Below are positions 58,683-64,000 of a stretch of 64,000 nucleotides of DNA, in pieces. The notes under the pieces were generated by a model. That model saw nothing but the letters and a program-made list of their open reading frames with translations. It searched no databases and was not told where the DNA came from. Position numbers and translations under genes: made by a program. Every line of letters starts with the position of its first letter. The stretch's first letter is position 1. Location: NCBI GenBank assembly GCA_963753345.1, contig CAVWBU010000032.1:128001-192000 (forward strand), in the 5' to 3' direction. This DNA comes from an uncultured Fibrobacterota bacterium (GTDB lineage: Bacteria > Fibrobacterota > Chitinivibrionia > Chitinivibrionales > FEN-1185).

Positions 58683-58772
58683 TTTTGTGACAAGGACTTA
58701 CAACGCAAGTTGTAGGTCCTTTTTTTCAAAATGCCCAAAAATGCCCAAGATTTTAAAGGGGGCATCCGATTT

Positions 58773-59951
58773 TCAGGCCGCTACTCTCCAAAGTCTGCTG
58801 ATTAACGCCTGAACAGCCCCGAGAGGAATGTCTTTGCTTTTGGCAAGAATGATGAGGCGCTCAAGGTCTTCTTTGATCGCCTCGGTGTGTGCCTGCGTGA
58901 ACCCGGCCATGTCCTGGATTTCGGAGACATCGACCTTGTCATACCAGTCGAACATACTGTTCGTGTGGTGGCCGGTCTGAGCCTTGATCACGCTCTTATC
59001 GTGACCTTCACGTCTTTTCCTCACTGTATAGCAATGCCGGAAATCGTGACAGATTAGGTCTGCGAACCCCGCTTTGTCCGCAAGCTTCCTGAACTTGCGT
59101 TCGAAGAAGTTCTGGTTGATTCTGCGGCCTTTGACAGATAAGAAAACGATATTATCAGGTTTGCAGTCGCCGCGCTCGGTTTGGATCTCAATCAGCACAT
59201 CGTACAGCTCCTGTTCGATACCTGCTTTCTTATTATCACTCTCCTTCGTGTCAACGGCCTGAAGGTCGATAAGACGTTCCACAAGGTTTACCTTGCTCCA
59301 GGTGAGCGCAAGAATTTCGTCCTCACGCATTCCTGTACACCATGCACAAATGCAAACGCGTTTCATCCACCGTGGGAAGCTTTGCATGAGCCCCCAGAAT
59401 TCCTCAACGGTGATGGTTTTCGTACGTTTATTCACGCGCTTGAATTCTTTCCGAAGCGCTTTGTTGATAAGCCCGTTCAGTGGATTTTGTGATAAGATTT
59501 CCAATTCCTCAATGGCGTAATTGAGGACCCTTGAGAAATAGACGGCGAATTTCTTAACAGTGGAGACCGCCATTGTTCCTTCTCGGACCGGTCCGTTCAA
59601 GAAGGAATAGAGCCATGTTCGCACTTGGCCATTAGTGAGCAGGCATATACGCCAATCTCCCCATCTTTCAATGATCTGGTCAATATAGGAGGTGTTTGCG
59701 TACGCTCTTGTTCCCGCCAAATAGTCCCGATAGGGAAGCGCCGCTTCCTTCACGGTCATTTTCTTGATGTTCTTTGCCTTCACACCCAGGGATGGGTGTA
59801 AGCCCGATTTTTCAAAGATCGACTGCGCACAAACCTGATCGTACAAATCCTGCGCAGCTTTTTTCGGGAGCACCCGACGTTGCCGCACTCCGTGGCTGTC
59901 ATACCACTGGACTCTGCATCGCCTGCCTCCCAGTTCCTTTATTGATGCCAT
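58773..59951 (-). CDS. Phage-type tyrosine integrase
   Basis: TGMREDE (R), HDFRH, TGH, DWY catalytic set; 392 aa. Confidence 0.9.
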   Translation of the reverse strand: MASIKELGGRRCRVQWYDSHGVRQRRVLPKKAAQDLYDQVCAQSIFEKSGLHPSLGVKAKNIKKMTVKEAALPYRDYLAGTRAYANTSYIDQIIERWGDWRICLLTNGQVRTWLYSFLNGPVREGTMAVSTVKKFAVYFSRVLNYAIEELEILSQNPLNGLINKALRKEFKRVNKRTKTITVEEFWGLMQSFPRWMKRVCICAWCTGMREDEILALTWSKVNLVERLIDLQAVDTKESDNKKAGIEQELYDVLIEIQTERGDCKPDNIVFLSVKGRRINQNFFERKFRKLADKAGFADLICHDFRHCYTVRKRREGHDKSVIKAQTGHHTNSMFDWYDKVDVSEIQDMAGFTQAHTEAIKEDLERLIILAKSKDIPLGAVQALISRLWRVAA

Positions 59952-60021
59952 ACTCTTGTTCCCTTTCCGGGTACAAGGGTATAGCTGGGTAATTCGGAAA
60001 ATAATTCAGGGATGCGCCGCA

Positions 60022-60261
60022 TCAGGGGTTCCCCCCGTTGCGGACATATTCGTCGATGGTTTCGGGTTTCCAGAAAACTGCCTTCCGGCTGATACGGAGG
60101 TCGGGCGGGGGAATGCGGCCATCGTGCCACCACTCGCGGACAGAGTCCGTTGCGGGTCGCCCATTCTCTGTATAGAGGTCGAAATACTCTGCAAGTCGGC
60201 GCAGGCTGAAGAGAGGGCGGGCTTTGGAAAGCTTGATTTCTGGCGGCTGATGCGTACCCAT
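60022..60261 (-). CDS. Excisionase/AlpA-like DNA-binding protein
   Basis: WW.DGRIPPP.LRIS.KAVFWK...IDEY; immediately upstream of integrase. Confidence 0.7.
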   Translation of the reverse strand: MGTHQPPEIKLSKARPLFSLRRLAEYFDLYTENGRPATDSVREWWHDGRIPPPDLRISRKAVFWKPETIDEYVRNGGNP

Positions 60262-60592
60262 GTACAAATATACAGAAGTTTCCGCCCCAGATTAAATAAG
60301 TTTTTTTCTAATGGCACCTTTTTCTATTAAAGCAGGGCCAAAAAAAAGAAAAGATTTTGTGGGTATCCGCGCCGGTTCTGCGCCGAACCGGAAAAGTTAT
60401 CATTTTTAGGCGTTTTTAAGGGATACAAAGCTATTGGGAAGAAGAGCAACAACGGCCTCGGCTAATGAAAACAAACCAGAAACGCACTGATACTTGGGCC
60501 GGTTCGGTCAAGTTTATAAAGAAACCTCCACCTACAATCATGCTGCAGTTTCTGCAGCTGGCCGGTCTTTGTCAAACGGAGCCTGTTTTGCC

Positions 60593-61642
60593 TTAAACGC
60601 CCTCACAGTTGCAGTGGCCAAAGACGGTGCCTGAATCCGCATGGAGAGACCTGGGCTCCTTGCAAAGCCCTACTACAGGCGTGTAACCTGTCGGAGCCCA
60701 CGCTCGCTTAATCATTGAGTAAACTTGCCGATAAATACTTGTTCTATCCGATATATGGTAATGCTTCCCATCCGGAGTAACCTGAGGTTTTTGCCATTCA
60801 AGAGGAGGTAGCCCCCAATTTTTTCTATGAGTGTCGAGGCTTCGGTTCATCTCACGATAAGTCCCAAGAGTTATCCGGGCAGGTTTATGACCACTTCTAG
60901 CGGCGGTCAAGAAAAACTCCTGGTAAATGTCCTCCCAATGGTCCACTTCCAAAATGGGATCTATTCTCCATCGTATTTCAAATCCCATCTCTGCACCCCA
61001 CTTTGAATCGTCTAGTCGTCTTGAAATAGGAGGGGTGACGCGTACGCCATCGTCAAATTTGCCCTCCCACAGATCAGCGATTTCTTCAGGATTAAGGCTA
61101 TGGGTTAGCAGGATATTCTTTGTCGGCAATCCCTTTAAGAATCGGACATTCACGCTCTTGGTAAGTAAAATCAACTTTGATCCTTGAGGGTTCCTTCCCT
61201 CATCTGCAAACAAGGGAATCAAACGACGGGCGTGTCCGGTGACCCCTTCATACAGCAAAGAGTCACTGGAGTCTATCCCGAGCCCAAGATTCCGGTACTG
61301 TTCCTTTGGTTGCAATAGCCAATTAATTACGGCCTCTTCATAGTCGTCAATGTTATCATACAGCAGATGTCGTGATGGATCACATAATGACCGAAGTGTC
61401 AGGATAAGAAAGCAGGCCCTACAGCGCAATCCGCAAGCTCCCGATCCAATTGCCAGATCTGCCCAATGAGCCGGACAGTAGTTCTTTTGTTTTCCGTCTT
61501 TGTCCCATGGTTTTATTAGATTAGATTTCCTCGAGCATCGATACACCTCCAATGGCCGGGATAATCCGAGTATGGCAGCCTCAATGCATTCCAGCCGCCA
61601 ATGATCACGTTTTGCACGATCCAGATCACATTTTGATAACAT
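60593..61642 (-). CDS. Spore photoproduct lyase-like radical SAM protein
   Basis: CGLRCRAC, DSL, LLTKS, SLNPE, RIDPI, ITLGT, GLCKE, terminal CNC; start uncertain (up to 61732). Confidence 0.8.
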   Translation of the reverse strand: MLSKCDLDRAKRDHWRLECIEAAILGLSRPLEVYRCSRKSNLIKPWDKDGKQKNYCPAHWADLAIGSGACGLRCRACFLILTLRSLCDPSRHLLYDNIDDYEEAVINWLLQPKEQYRNLGLGIDSSDSLLYEGVTGHARRLIPLFADEGRNPQGSKLILLTKSVNVRFLKGLPTKNILLTHSLNPEEIADLWEGKFDDGVRVTPPISRRLDDSKWGAEMGFEIRWRIDPILEVDHWEDIYQEFFLTAARSGHKPARITLGTYREMNRSLDTHRKNWGLPPLEWQKPQVTPDGKHYHISDRTSIYRQVYSMIKRAWAPTGYTPVVGLCKEPRSLHADSGTVFGHCNCEGV

Positions 61643-61983
61643 AATGCAATAAGCAACGGCTGGGGATAGTGGTAATATCCATTCTTGCACAAGGTCTAAG
61701 GCAAAGGAAAAGAACAAATATGCACCAGCCATCCCTCGTCTTCACCAGCCCACCTCCAGCCACACCTGACCACTACCAGATAAAATAAACCATAGCCCAA
61801 CTGTCCAAGGAAGTCACCAGACAACCGTCTAGACCCCCACCCTGCCGATCTGAGTACACAAAGAGTACACAGCCACAGCGTACTTCAGCGTATTTTAGCG
61901 TACTTGGGCGTATGAAGCTTCAAAGGCCAGAAAATAAGAAAGCCCCAAAACTGCTGAAATTTTGCAGAATTTGAGGCTTTTAG

Positions 61984-62033
61984 TGGTACGGCCAGAGGGA
62001 CTTGAACCCCCAACCTTCTGATCCGTAGTCAGA
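61984..62033 (-). other. 3' half of tRNA-Arg(ACG): att-site fragment
   Basis: TCTGA-CTACGGA-TCAGA AGGTT GGGGG TTCAAGT CCCTC TGGCCGT ACCA; no D-arm or 5' acceptor strand upstream. Confidence 0.85.
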
Positions 62034-62112
62034 AGGTGAGCATTTTCACCATTTCTCCTCCTGCTGACCGGAAAGGCCACTCTAGCTAAGCCGGGGTTCG
62101 ATCTTGGTCGCT

Positions 62113-64000
62113 CTATTTCCGCGGTACTATAAATCTGTTCAGCATCTCCGAAAGCTCTGCGATGGTGAATGGTTTTGAAATGCCTGCTGTAAAGCCATGC
62201 TCGATAGGGTTCTTGATCACCGGATCATCCGCATAGCCGCTTGCCACAAAGATTGGGATGTCCTTGTTCAATTTTCTTATCTCTCTAACAGCTTCTATTC
62301 CACCCATGCCGCCGGGAACGGTAAGGTCAAGAATCATTGCACTCAATTGATTATTGACTCTGGTTTCGTTGATGTAGGAGTCAATGGCGTCCTTGCCGTC
62401 ATTCTTGCATACCACGGAGTATCCCAGTGATCCAAGCATTTGCCGAAGCGCGGCTCTTATAACTTCTTCGTCATCCATGACAATGACAGTGCCGCTGCCT
62501 TTGTGCCTGCTAACAGTGCCTGCATTCGCCGCAACCGCTTCTAGCGAAGCAGGCAGGTAAACATGAAACGTGCTGCCCTTACCTGGTTCGGATTCGACGT
62601 CAATGCTTCCGCCATGACGGGTGATGATTGAATAGCAGGTAGCAAGACCAAGGCCGTGGCCCTTCATTTTTGTCGTGTAGAAAGGGTCGAAAATGCGGGG
62701 CATGATATCCTTTGGTATGCCGATGCCGAAGTCTTTGATTGATACCTTGACATAATCGCCCTTGTCCAGTGGAGGATGTTCTTTTTTTTCAAGAGAAATA
62801 TTCTCTGCCACTATTTCTATGGTACCCCCGTTTGGCATTGCCTGCTGGGCATTGATGACAATGTTGTCGATAACTTGGGCGATTTGGTTCTTATCGATAT
62901 TGCACGACCATAGGTTTTCCGCCAGAAAAAATTTGCACGAAGTGTTTGACCCGCTTAGCGCGAATTGCGCTGCTTCCTGAATAAATGGAACTAATGGTGT
63001 TGTTTTCTGGATCGGTGCTCCGCCCTTGGCAAAGGTCAGAAGCTGCATGGTGAGCGAACGTGCGCGGTTTATTGTGGCCATGGTTGCTTCTAGGTATTCT
63101 TTGGTCTGAGCTTCCTTCGAGACGGAACGGGCGAGGTCGATATAAGCGAAAATCCCAGTAAGAAGGTTGTTGAAATCATGAGCTATGCCTCCGGCGAGAA
63201 CGCCTAGGGATTCTAGTTTCTGCGCTCTTTGGAGCGTCTCTTGCATGCGCTTGCGCTCCGTGATGTCTGTAAGTAAGTCCAGAGTAGCAGGCCTTCCTTT
63301 CCAAACAATAGGAACTGGGTTTATTTCAACCCAATATACTCTGCCATCAGCAGCCATTACCCTGAACTCATATCTTTGTTGTATCAAATCGCCCTTAATC
63401 AGCCTCGCATGGTTTTCTGTTAACAGGTGACGATCATCCGGATAGATGAATTCCAGAAAAGGTCTTTTTGTGGCTTCCTGTTCAGTATAACCCCAAAGTT
63501 CCATACCTCTTCGATTGACAAATTTTAACATGCCATCCTGCGCAACTACTATTATTTGGTTGGCATTATCCACAAGGCATCGATATTTCTCCTCGCTCTC
63601 CCGCAGCGCTTCCTCGGCCCTTTTGCGTTCGGTAATATCGCGCACAATGCCCTGGAATCTGCCATCGCCTAGCCTCTTGCCACTGATTTCAGTGCAGATA
63701 ACCGATCCATTCTTACAGCGCATTCGCCTTTCAGCCACGATTGTTTCACCTGATGACATTTCTTTGAATCTAATAGGGGTGGCCGCGATTTCTTCGGGAA
63801 GAAGCAAGTCCTTCATTCCAAGGTGCAAAATCTCTTCCCGTGAATAGCCGAAAATAGCGCATCCTTGTAAATTCACATCGGTGTAGTTTCCTTCCTTGTC
63901 AGCAATAAAGATTCCGTCGGATGCTTGTTCCATGAGAGTGCGATAGTTACTTTCACTGTCTCGCAGCGCCTCTTCTGCTTGTTTGCGTTCGGTGATATTC
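62113..64000 (-). CDS. PAS-domain hybrid histidine kinase (5' truncated by window)
   Basis: PAS repeats (DITERK), AHDFNN, NAQQAM, FDPFYTTK, GLGL, receiver MDDE..LD..KPF. Confidence 0.93.
   Translation of the reverse strand, partial: NITERKQAEEALRDSESNYRTLMEQASDGIFIADKEGNYTDVNLQGCAIFGYSREEILHLGMKDLLLPEEIAATPIRFKEMSSGETIVAERRMRCKNGSVICTEISGKRLGDGRFQGIVRDITERKRAEEALRESEEKYRCLVDNANQIIVVAQDGMLKFVNRRGMELWGYTEQEATKRPFLEFIYPDDRHLLTENHARLIKGDLIQQRYEFRVMAADGRVYWVEINPVPIVWKGRPATLDLLTDITERKRMQETLQRAQKLESLGVLAGGIAHDFNNLLTGIFAYIDLARSVSKEAQTKEYLEATMATINRARSLTMQLLTFAKGGAPIQKTTPLVPFIQEAAQFALSGSNTSCKFFLAENLWSCNIDKNQIAQVIDNIVINAQQAMPNGGTIEIVAENISLEKKEHPPLDKGDYVKVSIKDFGIGIPKDIMPRIFDPFYTTKMKGHGLGLATCYSIITRHGGSIDVESEPGKGSTFHVYLPASLEAVAANAGTVSRHKGSGTVIVMDDEEVIRAALRQMLGSLGYSVVCKNDGKDAIDSYINETRVNNQLSAMILDLTVPGGMGGIEAVREIRKLNKDIPIFVASGYADDPVIKNPIEHGFTAGISKPFTIAELSEMLNRFIVPRK

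Larger units (their letters stand above)
58683..64000. mobile_element. Integrative genomic island at tRNA-Phe (extends beyond window)
   Basis: Integrase converging on tRNA, AAATGCCCAA direct repeats at 58728-58748, excisionase-like gene, drop in GC. Confidence 0.75.

Noticed and set aside
61984-62033. Functional third tRNA gene
   Set aside because: No 5' acceptor strand or D-arm; only the 3' half is present.

Overview
Bacterial chromosome segment, GC-rich in the core genes, probably from an anaerobic Gram-negative lineage (gene style suggests Fibrobacterota/Chitinivibrionia; low-confidence inference). It is mostly housekeeping: GspE/PilB ATPase, UvrD/PcrA, gatC, ferritin operon, pal, ppdK, FKBP, TatD, aspS, fab/pls/rfb genes, xerC, ECF sigma module, rpiB, hisA, bS22, recD2, tRNA-Arg(CCG) and tRNA-Phe. 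Accessory parts are a VapBC toxin-antitoxin pair, a NiCo-like riboswitch upstream of a CDF transporter, a 12-kb copper-resistance cluster whose cusA/copA carry about 8 clustered indels, a low-GC islet, and an integrase island starting at tRNA-Phe that carries a tRNA-Arg(ACG) att fragment. The most striking signal is non-coding. Two structured repeat families of about 130-220 bp (A, 5 copies; B, 8 copies) show compensatory base changes and swappable hairpins and sit at gene 3' ends. They occur five times in fixed A-then-B order: four times empty and once enclosing the VapBC module. This suggests an undescribed hairpin-based non-autonomous mobile/cassette system. All calls were made by eye; no searches were run.
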